In this document: piece after piece, positions 1 to 13,509 of the stretch
Position numbering within the stretch: position 1 is the first letter of the stretch
Layout of the letters: each line of letters begins with the position of its first letter
Assembly: GCA_046563655.1 (NCBI GenBank)
Contig: CM102286.1
Coordinates: 9,114,001-9,178,000, forward strand
Length of the DNA: 64,000 nucleotides
Direction: 5' to 3'
From: Yuukianura sp. NJ FZ-2021
Lineage: Eukaryota
Notes under the pieces: model-generated
Told to the model about the DNA's origin: nothing
Databases searched by the model: none
What the model saw: only the letters and a program-made list of their open reading frames with translations
Program-made: the position numbers and the translations under genes

Positions 1-3000
1 AGTGTCCCAAGCTCAATTTTTCTCCGAAAATCCATTTTTTTTTTCATTTAAAACTCACAAAAAAGTCATTCAGGGCTATCTGAGGAGTGAAAATTGCAAA
101 CCAAAATTATGCTTGTGAAAGCCAATCTGAAGTGTTCCAAGCTAAATTTTTCTCTGAAAAATCCATTTTTTTTCATTTAAAACTCACCAAAAAGTCATTC
201 TGGGCTATCTGAGGAGTTAAAATTGCAAACCGAAATTATGCTTGTGAAAGCCCATCTGAAGTGTTCCAAGCTCAATTTTTCTCCGAAAAATCCATTTTTT
301 TTTCATTTAAAACTCACCAAAAGGTCATTCTGGGCTATCTGAGGAGTCAAAATTGCAAACCGAAATTATGCTTGTGAAAGCCCATCTGAAGTGTTCCAAG
401 CTCAATTTTTCTCCGAAAAATCCATTTTTTTTTCATTTAAAACTCACCAAAAAGTCATTCTGGGCTATCTGAGTCAAAATTGCAAACCGAAATTATGCTT
501 GTGAAAGAAAATCTGAAGTGTTCCAAGCTAAATTTTTCTCCGAAAAATCCATTCTTTTTCATTTATAACTCACCAAAAAGTCATTCAGGGCTATCTGAGG
601 AGTGAAAATTGCAAACCAAAATTATGCTTGTGAAAGCCAATCTGAAGTGTTCCAAGCTAAATTTTTCTCTGAAAAATCCATTTTTTTTCATTTAAAACTC
701 ACCAAAAAGTCATTCTGGGCTATCTGAGGAGTTAAAATTGCAAACCGAAATTATGCTTGTGAAAGCCCATCTGAAGTGTTCCAAGCTCAATTTTTCTCCG
801 AAAAATCCATTTTTTTCATTTAAAACTCATCAAAAAGTCATTCTGGGCTATGTGAGATGTCAAAATTGCAAACTGAAATTATGCTTGTGAACGCCCATCT
901 GAAGTGTTCCAAGCTCAATTTTTCTCCGAAAAATCCATTTTTTTCATTTAAAACTCACCAAAAAGTCATTCTGGGCTATCTGACGAGTCAAAATTGCAAA
1001 CCGAAATTATGCTTCTGAAAGCCCATCTGAAGTGTTCCAAGCTCACTTTTTCTCCGAAAAATCCATTTTTTTCATTTAAAACTCACCAAAAAGTCATTCT
1101 GGGCTATCTGAGGAGTCAAAACTGCAAACCGAAATTATGCTTGTGAAAGCCCATCTGAAGTGTTCCAAGCTCAATTTTCTCCGAAAAATCCATTTTTTTT
1201 CATTTAAAACTCACCAAAAAGTCATTCTGGGCTATCTGAGGAGTCAAAACTGCAAACCGAAATTATGCTTGTGAAAGCCCATCTGAAGTGTTCCAAGCTC
1301 AATTTTTCTCCGAAAAATCCATTTTTTTTTCATTTAAAACTCACCAAAAGGTCATTCTGGGCTATCTGAGGAGTCAAAATTGCAAACCGAAATTATGCTT
1401 GTGAAAGCCCATCTGAAGTGTTCCAAGCTCAATTTTTCTCCGAAAAATCCATTTTTTTTTCATTTAAAACTCACCAAAAAGTCATTCTGGGCTATCTGAG
1501 ATGTCAAAATTGCAAAACGAAATTATGCTTGTGAAAGAGAATCTGAAGTGTTCCAAGCTAAATTTTTCTCCGAAAAATCCATTTTTTTTCATTTAAAACT
1601 CACAAAAAAGTCATTCAGGGCTATCTGAGGAGTGAAAATTGCAAACCAAAATTATGCTTGTGAAAGCCAATCTGAAGTGTTCCAAGCTAAATTTTTCTCT
1701 GAAAAATCCATTTTTTTCATTTAAAACTCACCAAAAAGTCATTCTGGGCTATCTGAGGAGTTAAAATTGCAAACCGAAATTATGCTTGTGAAAGCCCATC
1801 TGAAGTGTTCCAAGCTCAATTTTTCTCCGAAAAATCCATTTTTTTCATTTAAAACTCACCAAAAGGTCATTCTGGGCTATCTGAGGAGTCAAAATTGCAA
1901 ACCGAAATTATGCTTGTGAAAGCCCATCTGAAGTGTTCCAAGCTCAATTTTTCTCCGAAAAATCCATTTTTTTCATTTAAAACTCACCAAAAAGTCATTC
2001 TGGGCTATCTGAGATGTCAAAATTGCAAAACGAAATTATGCTTGTGAAAGAAAATCTGAAGTGTTCCAAGCTAAATTTTTCTCCGAAAAATCCATTCTTT
2101 TTTCATTTAAAACTCACAAAAAAGTCATTCAGGGCTATCTGAGGAGTGAAAATTGCAAACCAAAATTATGCTTGTGAAAGCCAATCTGAAGTGTTCCAAG
2201 CTAAATTTTTCTCTGAAAAATCCATTTTTTTTCATTTAAAACTCACCAAAAAGTCATTCTGGGCTATCTGAGGAGTTAAAATTGCAAACCGAAATTATGC
2301 TTGTGAAAGCCCATCTGAAGTGTTCCAAGCTCAATTTTTCTCCGAAAAATCCATTTTTTTCATTTAAAACTCATCAAAAAGTCATTCTGGGCTATGTGAG
2401 ATGTCAAAATTGCAAACTGAAATTATGCTTGTGAACGCCCATCTGAAGTGTTCCAAGCTCAATTTTTCTCCGAAAAATCCATTTTTTTCATTTAAAACTC
2501 ACCAAAAAGTCATTCTGGGCTATCTGACGAGTCAAAATTGCAAACCGAAATTATGCTTCTGAAAGCCCATCTGAAGTGTTCCAAGCTCACTTTTTCTCCG
2601 AAAAATCCATTTTTTTTTCATTTAAAACTCACCAAAAAGTCATTCTGGGCTATCTGAGGAGTCAAAACTGCAAACCGAAATTATGCTTGTGAAAGCCCAT
2701 CTGAAGTGTTCCAAGCTCAATTTTTCTCCGAAAAATCCATTTTTTTTTCATTTAAAACTCACCAAAAAGTCATTCTGGGCTATCTGAGGAGTCAAAACTG
2801 CAAACCGAAATTATGCTTGTGAAAGCCCATCTGAAGTGTTCCAAGCTCAATTTTTCTCCGAAAAATCCATTTTTTTTTCATTTAAAACTCACCAAAAGGT
2901 CATTCTGGGCTATCTGAGGAGTCAAAATTGCAAACCGAAATTATGCTTGTGAAAGCCCATCTGAAGTGTTCCAAGCTCAATTTTTCTCCGAAAAATCCAT

Positions 3001-6000
3001 TTTTTTTTCATTTAAAACTCACCAAAAAGTCATTCTGGGCTATCTGAGATGTCAAAATTGCAAAACGAAATTATGCTTGTGAAAGAGAATCTGAAGTGTT
3101 CCAAGCTAAATTTTTCTCCGAAAAATCCATTTTTTTCATTTAAAACTCACCAAAAGGTCATTCTGGGCTATCTGAGGAGTCAAAACTGCAAACCGAAATT
3201 ATGCTTGTGAAAGCCCATCTGAAGTGTTCCAAGCTCAATTTTCTCCAAAAAATCCATTCTTTGTTCATTTAAAACTCACAAAAAAGTCATTCAGGGCTAT
3301 CTGAGGAGTGAAAATTGCAAACCAAAATTATGCTTGTGAAAGCCAATCTGAAGTGTTCCAAGCTAAATTTTTCTCTGAAAAATCCATTTTTTTTTCATTT
3401 AAAACTCACCAAAAAGTCATTCTGGGCTATCTGAGGAGTTAAAATTGCAAACCGAAATTATGCTTGTGAAAGCCCATCTGAAGTGTTCCAAGCTCAATTT
3501 TTCTCCGAAAAATCCATTTTTTTCATTTAAAACTCATCAAAAAGTCATTCTGGGCTATGTGAGATGTCAAAATTGCAAACTGAAATTATGCTTGTGAACG
3601 CCCATCTGAAGTGTTCCAAGCTCAATTTTTCTCCGAAAAATCCATTTTTTTCATTTAAAACTCACCAAAAAGTCATTCTGGGCTATCTGACGAGTCAAAA
3701 TTGCAAACCGAAATTATGCTTCTGAAAGCCCATCTGAAGTGTTCCAAGCTCACTTTTTCTCCGAAAAATCCATTTTTTTCATTTAAAACTCACCAAAAAG
3801 TCATTCTGGGCTATCTGAGGAGTCAAAACTGCAAACCGAAATTATGCTTGTGAAAGCCCATCTGAAGTGTTCCAAGCTCAATTTTCTCCGAAAAATCCAT
3901 TTTTTTTCATTTAAAACTCACCAAAAAGTCATTCTGGGCTATCTGAGGAGTCAAAACTGCAAACCGAAATTATGCTTGTGAAAGCCCATCTGAAGTGTTC
4001 CAAGCTCAATTTTTCTCCGAAAAATCCATTTTTTTTTCATTTAAAACTCACCAAAAGGTCATTCTGGGCTATCTGAGGAGTCAAAATTGCAAACCGAAAT
4101 TATGCTTGTGAAAGCCCATCTGAAGTGTTCCAAGCTCAATTTTTCTCCGAAAAATCCATTTTTTTTTCATTTAAAACTCACCAAAAAGTCATTCTGGGCT
4201 ATCTGAGATGTCAAAATTGCAAAACGAAATTATGCTTGTGAAAGAGAATCTGAAGTGTTCCAAGCTAAATTTTTCTCCGAAAAATCCATTTTTTTCATTT
4301 AAAACTCACCAAAAGGTCATTCTGGGCTATCTGAGGAGTCAAAACTGCAAACCGAAATTATGCTTGTGAAAGCCCATCTGAAGTGTTCCAAGCTCAATTT
4401 TTCTCCGAAAAATCCATTTTTTTTTCATTTAAAACTCACAAAAAAGTCATTCAGGGCTATCTGAGGAGTCAAAATTGCAAACCGAAATTATGCTTGTGAA
4501 AGCCAATCTGAAGTGTTCCAAGCTCAATTTTTCTCCGAAAAATCCAGTTTTTTTTCATTTAAAACTCACCAAAAAGTCATTCTGGGCTATCTGAGATGTC
4601 AAAATTGCAAAACGAAATTATGCTTGTGAAAGCCAATCTGAAGTGTTCCAAGCTAAATTTTTCTCCGAAAAATCCATTTTTTTTCATTTAAAACTCACCA
4701 AAAGGTCATTCTGGGCTATCTGAGGAGTCAAAACTGCAAACCGAAATTATGCTTGTGAAAGCCCATCTGAAGTGTTCCAAGCTCAATTTTCTCCGAAAAA
4801 TCCATTTTTTTTCATTTAAAACTCACAAAAAAGTCATTCAGGGCTATCTGAGGAGTCAAAATTGCAAACCGAAATTATGCTTGTGAAAGCCCATCTGAAG
4901 TGTTCCAAGCTCAATTTTCTCCGAAAAATCCAGTTTTTTTCATTTAAAACTCACCAAAAAGTCATTCTGGGCTATCTGAGATGTCAAAATTGCAAACCGA
5001 AATTATGCTTGTGAAAGAAAATCTGAAGTGTTCCAAGCTAAATTTTTCTCCGAAAAATCCATTTTTTTTCATTTAAAACTCACCAAAAGGTCATTCTGGG
5101 CTATCTGAGGAGTCAAAACTGCAAACCGAAATTATGCTTGTGAAAGCCCATCTGAAGTGTTCCAAGCTCAATTTTTCTCCGAAAAATCCATTCTTTTTTC
5201 ATTTAAAACTCACAAAAAAGTCATTCAGGGCTATCTGAGGAGTGAAAATTGCAAACCAAAATTATGCTTGTGAAAGCCAATCTGAAGTGTTCCAAGCTAA
5301 ATTTTTCTCTGAAAAATCCATTTTTTTCATTTAAAACTCACCAAAAAGTCATTCTGAGCTATCTGAGGAGTCAAAATTGCAAACCGAAATTATGCTTGTG
5401 AAAGCCCATCTGAAGTGTTCCAAGCTCAATTTTTCTCCGAAAAATCCATTTTTTTCATTTAAAACTCATCAAAAAGTCATTCTGGGCTATGTGAGATGTC
5501 AAAATTGCAAACTGAAATTATGCTTGTGAACGCCCATCTGAAGTGTTCCAAGCTCAATTTTTCTCCGAAAAATCCATTTTTTTCATTTAAAACTCACCAA
5601 AAAGTCATTCTGGGCTATCTGACGAGTCAAAATTGCAAACCGAAATTATGCTTCTGAAAGCCCATCTGAACTGTTCCAAGCTCAATTTTTCTCGGAAAAA
5701 TCCATTTTTTTTCATTTAAAACTCACAAAAAAGTCATTCTGGGCTATCTGAGGAGTCAAAACTGCAAACCGAAATTATGCTTGTGAAAGCCCATCTGAAG
5801 TGTTCCAAGCTCAATTTTCTCCGAGAAATCCATTTTTTTTCATTTAAAACTCACCAAAAAGTCATTCTGGGCTATCTGAGGAGTCAAAACTGCAAACCGA
5901 AATTATGCTTGTGAAAGCCCATCTGAAGTGTTCCAAGCTCAATTTTTCTCCGAAAAATCCATTTTTTTCATTTAAAACTCACCAAAAGGTCATTCTGGGC

Positions 6001-9000
6001 TATCTGAGGAGTCAAAATTGCAAACCGAAATTATGCTTGTGAAAGCCCATCTGAAGTGTTCCAAGCTCAATTTTTCTCCGAAAAATCCATTTTTTTTCAT
6101 TTAAAACTCACCAAAAAGTCATTCTGGGCTATCTGAGATGTCAAAATTGCAAAACGAAATTATGCTTGTGAAAGAGAATCTGAAGTGTTCCAAGCTAAAT
6201 TTTTCTCCGAAAAATCCATTATTTTTCATTTAAAACTCACCAAAAGGTCATTCTGGGCTATCTGAGGAGTCAAAACTGCAAACCGAAATTATGCTTGTGA
6301 AAGCCCATCTGAAGTGTTCCAAGCTCAATTTTTCTCCGAAAAATCCATTCTTTTTTCATTTAAAACTCACAAAAAAGTCATTCAGGGCTATCTGAGGAGT
6401 GAAAATTGCAAACCAAAATTATGCTTGTGAAAGCCAATCTGAAGTGTTCCAAGCTAAATTTTTCTCTGAAAAATCCATTTTTTTCATCTACAACTCACCA
6501 AAAAGTCATTCTGGGCTATCTGAGGAGTCAAAATTGCAAACCGAAATTATGCTTGTGAAAGCCCATCTGAAGTGTTCCAAGCTCAATTTTTCTCCGAAAA
6601 ATCCATTTTTTTTCATTTAAAACTCACCAAAAAGTCATTCTGGGCTATGTGAGATGTCAAAATTGCAAACTGAAATTATGCTTGTGAACGCCCATCTGAA
6701 GTGTTCCAAGCTCAATTTTTCTCCGAAAAATCCATTTTTTTCATTTAAAACTCACCAAAAAGTCATTCTGGGCTATCTGACGAGTCAAAATTGCAAACCG
6801 AAATTATGCTTCTGAAAGCCCATCTGAAGTGTTCCAAGCTCAATTTTTCTCCGAAAAATCCATTTTTTTCATTTAAAACTCACCAAAAAGTCATTCTGGG
6901 CTATCTGAGGAGTCAAAACTGCAAACCGAAATTATGCTTGTGAAAGCCCATCTGAAGTGTTCCAAGCTCAATTTTTCTCCGAAAAATCCATTCTTTTTTC
7001 ATTTAAAACTCACAAAAAAGTCATTCAGGGCTATCTGAGGAGTGAAAATTGCAAACCAAAATTATGCTTGTGAAAGCCAATCTGAAGTGTTCCAAGCTAA
7101 ATTTTTCTCTGAAAAATCCATTTTTTTTTCATTTAAAACTCACCAAAAAGTCATTCTGGGCTATCTGAGATGTCAAAATTGCAAAACGAAATTATGCTTG
7201 TGAAAGAGAATCTGAAGTGTTCCAAGCTAAATTTTTCTCCGAAAAATCCATTTTTTTTCATTTAAAACTCACCAAAAGGTCATTCTGGGCTATCTGAGAT
7301 GTCAAAATTGCAAAACGAAATTATGCTTCTGAAAGCCCATCTGAAGTGTTCCAAGCTCACTTTTTCTCCGAAAAATCCATTTTCTTCATTAAAAACTCCC
7401 CAAAAAGTCATTCTGGGCTATCTGAAGAGTCAAAATTGCAATCCGATATTTTGCTTCTGAAAGCCCATCTGAAGTGTACCAAGCTCAATTTTTCTCAAAA
7501 AAATCCATTTTTTCATTAAAAACTCCCCAAAAAGTCATTCTGGGCTATCTGAGGAGTCAAAACTGCAAACCGAAATTATGCTTGTGAAAGCCCATCTGAA
7601 GTGTTCCAAGCTCAATTTTTATCCGAAAAATCCATTTTTTTTTTCATTTAAAACTCACCAAAAGGTCATTCTGGGCTATCTGAGGAGTCAAAATTGCAAA
7701 CCGAAATTATGCTTGTGAAAGCCCATCTGAAGTGTTCCAAGCTCAATTTTTCTCCGAAAAATCCATTTTTTTTTTCATTTAAAACTCACCAAAAAGTCAT
7801 TCTGGGCTATCTGAGATGTCAAAATTGCAAAACGAAATTATGCTTGTGAAAGAGAATCTGAAGTGTTCCAAGCTAAATTTTTCTCCGAAAAATCCATTTT
7901 TTTCATTTAAAACTCACCAAAATGTCATTCTGGGCTATCTGAGGAGTCAAAACTGCAAACCGAAATTATGCTTGTGAAAGCCCATCTGAAGTGTTCCAAG
8001 CTCAATTTTCTCCGAAAAATCCATTTTTTTTCATTTAAAACTCACAAAAAAGTCATTCAGGGCTATCTGAGGAGTGAAAATTGCAAACCAAAATTATGCT
8101 TGTGAAAGCCAATCTGAAGTGTTCCAAGCTAAATTTTTCTCTGAAAAATCCATTTTTTTCATCTACAACTCACCAAAAAGTCATTCTGGGCTATCTGAGG
8201 AGTCAAAATTGCAAACCGAAATTATGCTTGTGAAAGCCCATCTGAAGTGTTCCAAGCTCAATTTTTCTCCGAAAAATCCATTTTTTTCATTTAAAACTCA
8301 TCAAAAAGTCATTCTGGGCTATGTGAGATGTCAAAATTGCAAACTGAAATTATGCTTGTGAACGCCCATCTGAAGTGTTCCAAGCTCAATTTTTTTCCGA
8401 AAAATCCATTTTTTTCATTTAAAACTCACCAAAAAGTCATTCTGGGCTATCTGAGGAGTCAAAATTGCAAACCGAAATTATGCTTCTGAAAGCCCATCTG
8501 AAGTGTTCCAAGCTCAATTTTTCTTCGAAAAATCCATTTTTTCATTTAAAACTCACCAAAAAGTCATTCTGGGCTATCTGAGATGTCAAAATTGCAAAAC
8601 GAAATTATGCTTGTGAAAGAGAATCTGAAGTGTTCCAAGCTAAATTTTTCTCCGAAAAATCCATTTTTTTTTCATTTAAAACTCACCAAAAGGTCATTCT
8701 GGGCTATCTGAGGAGTCAAAACTGCAAACCGAAATTATGCTTGTGAAAGCCCATCTGAAGTGTTCCAAGCTCAATTTTTCTCCGAAAAATCCATTCTTTT
8801 TCATTTAAAACTCACAAAAAAGTCATTCAGGGCTATCTGAGGAGTGAAAATTGCAAACCAAAATTATGCTTGTGAAAGCCAATCTGAAGTGTTCCAAGCT
8901 AAATTTTTCTCTGAAAAATCCATTTTTTTCATCTACAACTCACCAAAAAGTCATTCTGGGCTATCTGAGGAGTCAAAATTGCAAACCGAAATTATGCTTG

Positions 9001-9440
9001 TGAAAGCCCATCTGAAGTGTTCCAAGCTCAATTTTTCTCCGAAAAATCCATTTTTTTCATTTAAAACTCATCAAAAAGTCATTCTGGGCTATGTGAGATG
9101 TCAAAATTGCAAACTGAAATTATGCTTGTGAACGCCCATCTGAAGTGTTCCAAGCTCAATTTTTCTCCGAAAAATCCATTTTTTTCATTTAAAACTCACC
9201 AAAAAGTCATTCTGGGCTATCTGAGGAGTCAAAATTGCAAACCGAAATTATGCTTCTGAAAGCCCATCTGAAGTGTTCCAAACTCACTTTTTCTCCGAAA
9301 AATCCATTTTTTTCATTTAAAACTCACCAAAAAGTCATTCTGGGCTATCTGAGGAGTCAAAATTGCAAACCGAAATTATGCTTGTGAAAGAAAATCTGAA
9401 GTGTTCCAAGCTAAATTTTTCTCCGAAAAATCCATTTTTT
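1..9440. repeat. Tandem satellite array, ~129-bp monomer, about 73 copies, open at the window start
   Basis: The unit AGTGTTCCAAGCTCAATTTTTCTCCGAAAAATCCA(T)nCATTTAAAACTCACCAAAAAGTCATTCTGGGCTATCTGAGGAGTCAAAATTGCAAACCGAAATTATGCTTGTGAAAGCCCATCTGA recurs at 1, 131, 260, 390 and onward. Length variation is mostly in the T-run. Confidence 0.98.
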
Positions 9441-10490
9441 AGTCTTCTGGAGACGCACGTCTACGACGTGCTGAAGAAGACTATTGATACGACTTTGTCT
9501 GTCCGTCCGTCCGTCACACTTTTTAGGACTTTTTGCACTGAAACATTAGCCCCATTATTGACCGGGGGTTCTGTATCGCTCAAGTGTTTTCATTATGTCT
9601 ACATTCCACTCAAAGTGTTATCTTAACAACGTAGAAATGGGCGACCACTTTACGCACACGCGGTGTAGTCGTTTCCCGGAAACGTTTTGGTTTCGATTAC
9701 ACTCAAAATATATTTAAACAACGAAGTTTTGACTCTGTCATTTTCTGATAGTATGTTTATTTGCGTTGTTAAATTAAGACTGATCAGAGGGTAGAAAATC
9801 CGGCTTAAATTCGTAATACGTAAATAGTGGTTGGCAGCGTTCAAATTTTCATTCACAAGAAATTTTTATAATTTTGATCTTAAACAAATCATATTCGACT
9901 CTGTTATTTATGAACATGACTTAACACATGGTGCATGTATTTTGATTTTTAAGAAGCTATAATTGACACCTGCCTCTCAACGTTTAATTTCGTGCACACT
10001 TATAAGTAGATGCACATAAGTGTCACATTGCGCAGATATTTTGACGCTGGGTAATGAACCTTGTTATTTCAACATTTGTGCATACTGGAGAATAACTGCA
10101 CATACATCTTTTAGAATGGTGATTACATCAGAATAATTGTGCATTTATATGAACAGATTTAATGGAATTCTAATTGTGTTCATACTTGAGAACAATTTGA
10201 TGCAAAAATGTTGTGAATCAAAATAATTTTCAGGAGAGTGGAAACTGTTCAGGACTAAAGCTGAACTACATTCTTATGCAAACGGGTTTTTCACATTTTG
10301 GTGCAATTGTGCACAAAAGGGCCCCACATCACATCTGCACTGAAAATTTTGAGCGACGTTTTGGTGCATCAGCTACATGAAAACGGTTTCTCAGTTCTAC
10401 AGTTTTGAGGCAGACCGGTTTAAGTCGCATCAATTGCCAACTCCCTCCAGAAGACCTATGCTCAACCCTTGAGCATTGCCCTACCTTGTT
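9441..10490 (+). mobile_element. Helentron-associated non-autonomous element (HINE/DINE-1-like), family A copy 1
   Basis: 5' AGTCTTCTGGAG with hairpin CACGTC-TAC-GACGTG and short IR GAAGACT, then a (GTCC/GTCT)n microsatellite. 3' subterminal IR CTCCAGAAGAC followed by stem-loop ATGCTCAA-CCC-TTGAGCAT. Inserted in the T-run of a satellite monomer with no distinct TSD. Confidence 0.8.
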
Positions 10491-11394
10491 TTCATTTAAA
10501 ACTCACAAAAAAGTCATTCAGGGCTATCTGAGGAGTCAAAATTGCAAACCGAAATTATGCTTGTGAAAGCCAATCTGAAGTGTTCCAAGCTAAATTTTTC
10601 TCGGAAAAATCCATTTTTTTTCATTTAAAACAAAACTCACCAAAAAGTCATTCTGGGCTATCTGAGGAGTCAAAATTGCAAACCGAAATTATGCTTGTGA
10701 AAGCCCATCTGAAGTGTTCCAAGCTCAATTTTTCTCCGAAAAATCCATTTTTTTTCATTTAAAACTCACCAAAAGGTCATTCTGGGCTATCTGAGGAGTC
10801 AAAATTGCAAACCGAAATTATGCTTCTGAAAGCCCATCTGAAGTGTTCCAAGCTCAATTTTTCTCCGAAAAATCCATTTTTTTTTTCATTTAAAACTCAC
10901 AAAAAAGTCATTCAGGGCTATCTGAGGAGTCAAAATTGCAAACCGAAATTATGCTTGTGAAAGCCAATCTGAAGTGTTCCAAGCTAAATTTTTCTCGGAA
11001 AAATCCATTTTTTTTCATTTAAAACAAAACTCACCAAAAAGTCATTCTGGGCTATCTGAGGAGTCAAAATTGCAAACCGAAATTATACTTGTGAAAGCCC
11101 ATCTGAAGTGTTCCAAGCTCAATTTTTCTCCGAAAAATCCATTTTTTTCATTAAATACTCTTCAAATAGTCATTCTGGGCTATGTGAGATGTCAAAATTG
11201 CAAACTGAAATTATGCTTCTGAAAGCCCAAGTGTTCCAGACTCAATTTTTCACCAAAGAATCATTTTTGTCATTAAATACTCTTCAAAAAGTCATTCTGG
11301 GCTATCTGAGGAGTCGAAATTGCAAACCGTTATAAAACTTGTTAATGCCCACCTGAAGTGCACAAATCTCAATTTTTCTCCAAAAATACATTTT
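10491..11394. repeat. Continuation and degenerate edge of the 129-bp satellite (~7 monomers)
   Basis: Same monomer resumes in register after the HINE; the last 2 monomers are clearly more diverged. Confidence 0.95.
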
Positions 11395-11828
11395 AGTCTC
11401 CTGGAGACGCATGTCTGCGACATGCTGAAGAAGACTATTGATACGACTTTGTCCGTCTGTCCGTCCATCCGTAACCTTTTTTAGGACACTTTGCGCTGAA
11501 ACATAAGTCCTAACGCACTTGGGGGCTATTTATGGCTCTAAGTGTTTTTAGTAGTTCTACATTGCACTCAAGTCGTACATTAACAACGTAGAAGTGTGCG
11601 GTTGCTTTACGTACCCGCAGTATCGTGGCTCAGCAAAACTGTTTTGGTTTCGATTGAACTGAAAGTATTTATAAACAACGGAGTTTTGATCTGTTCATTT
11701 TCTGGCAAGATGTTTAGTTACGTTGTTAAATTAAGACTGATTAGCGGGTAGAAAATCCGGCTTAAATTGTAACACGTAAACAATGCATGACAGGGTTGAA
11801 ATTTGCCTTTGCAAGAAATTTTTATGTT
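11395..11828 (+). mobile_element. HINE family A copy 2, 5' part only
   Basis: Starts AGTCTCCTGGAGACGCATGTCTGCGACATGCTGAAGAAGACT plus GTCC microsatellite; ends where copy 3 begins. Confidence 0.75.
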
Positions 11829-12835
11829 AGTCTTCTGGAGACGCATGTCTACGACATGCTGAAGAAGACTATTGATACGACTTTGTCTGTCTGTCCGTGT
11901 GTCACACTTTTTAGGACTTTTTGCACTGAAACATTAGCCTCAAGGTGGGTAAACAAGCAGATTGTTGATTGCTACAAGAGGTTATTCGTTAACTCGGCGT
12001 TTGACTTCGTTAACTCATTATTGACCGGGGGTTCTGTACCGCTCAAGTGTTTTCATTATGTCTACATTCCACTCAAAGTGTTATATTAACAACGCAGAAG
12101 TGGGCGGCTACTTCCCATTGCCGACTCTTCTTACTTAAATTTTTTTGACACCTCTGCATTGCACTCAAAATATTTTTCAACAACGAAGTTTTGACCTGGT
12201 CATTTTCTGACAGTATGTTTATTTACGTTGTTAATTTGGGAATGATGACAGGGCTCAAACTCCGGTTTAAATTTGTAACATGTAAGCAGCGAATAGGAGG
12301 GTTCAAATTTGCATTCACAAGAAATTTCTTTGATTTTGATTTTAAAGAAACGATATTGGACCCCTACCCCACAACGTACAATGTTGTGCATGATGCACAC
12401 AATTGAAGGTTTGTGCAGTTGTGAGAACTACCTTGAGCATTGCCATGACAACATCGACAATACATTATGTGCATCTTCCTCAAGAAATCAAGAACATCAA
12501 TCAAGAACGATATTCGACCCCTTCTTCTTAACGTTCAATTTTGTGCACACCAAATTAACAACATCAATTCACTGCAAACATTTTGGGCCTCAGAACGTTA
12601 ACATGATTTTGGCTCAATTAAACGGTAAAATTGCCAAGAAAATTTTGGTGCAACTCATGCACAAAATAGGATCTCATATTCCCACTGGAAATTTTCAGTG
12701 ATGTTTTAGAGCACCAATTTCATGAACACGGTTTCTTAGTTCGTCCACAGTTTTGCTGTAGGCCGGTCTCAATGTCGGATCAATTGTCAACTCCCTCCAG
12801 AAGACCTGTGCTCAACCCTTGAGCCCTACCTTGTT
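11829..12835 (+). mobile_element. HINE family A copy 3, full length
   Basis: Same 5' end; 3' CTCCAGAAGACCTGTGCTCAACCCTTGAGC..CCTACCTTGTT. Confidence 0.8.
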
Positions 12836-13509
12836 TTTTACTAAACTGGAAACAAGGTAGGGCGATGCTCAAGGGTTGAGCATAGGTCTTCTGGAGGGAG
12901 TTGACAATTGATACGACATTTAGACCGGCCTACCGCAAAACTGGACGAACTGAGAAACCGTATTCATGTAATTGAAGCTTTAAAACGTCACTGAAAATTT
13001 TTAGTGCGAATGTGAGACACTACTTTGTGCATGAGTTGCACCAAATTTGTCTTGGCAATCTTACCGTTTAATTGAACCAAAATCATGTTAAAGTTTTGAC
13101 TGCACTCACTGCACTGAACTGATGTTGTTAATTTGTTGTGCACCAAATGCACAAAATTGAACGTTTAGGAGAAGGGAGGCCTTACGCCTGCTACGGACTT
13201 ACGCTCGGTACGGACTTACCGTGCTGCTGCCTTGACGATGCTTTGCTGCGCTGTTTTTGTTAAAAAACACTGATCCTAACTTACTTGTGCCTTCCCCGTG
13301 CTGTGCTGCCTCATTTTGGCAAGGCAACGACAGAGCAAGGGAAAGCATCCTAACTTCCCGTTTTGCTTACCGTGCTCCTGCTCTTACCGTGCTCTTTGGA
13401 AAGTAGGGACGGAAGCAACTTTTGAGGAAGCACGAGCAAAGCAAATTTGCTTTTTTGGAAACAATTGTTCGTTTTCTGATCAAAGTTAGTTTTGCTAACA
13501 TCAAGCATC

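Noticed and set aside
1..11394. CRISPR-like array or coding repeat (ORFs MKIANQ..., MFQAKF...)
   Set aside because: No unique spacers; ORFs open and close with T-run length because the unit is about 43 codons. It is a satellite.
9363..12701. ORFs in HINE copies (LLETHVYDVLKK...)
   Set aside because: Chance frames over non-coding termini and microsatellite; no Rep/helicase motifs.
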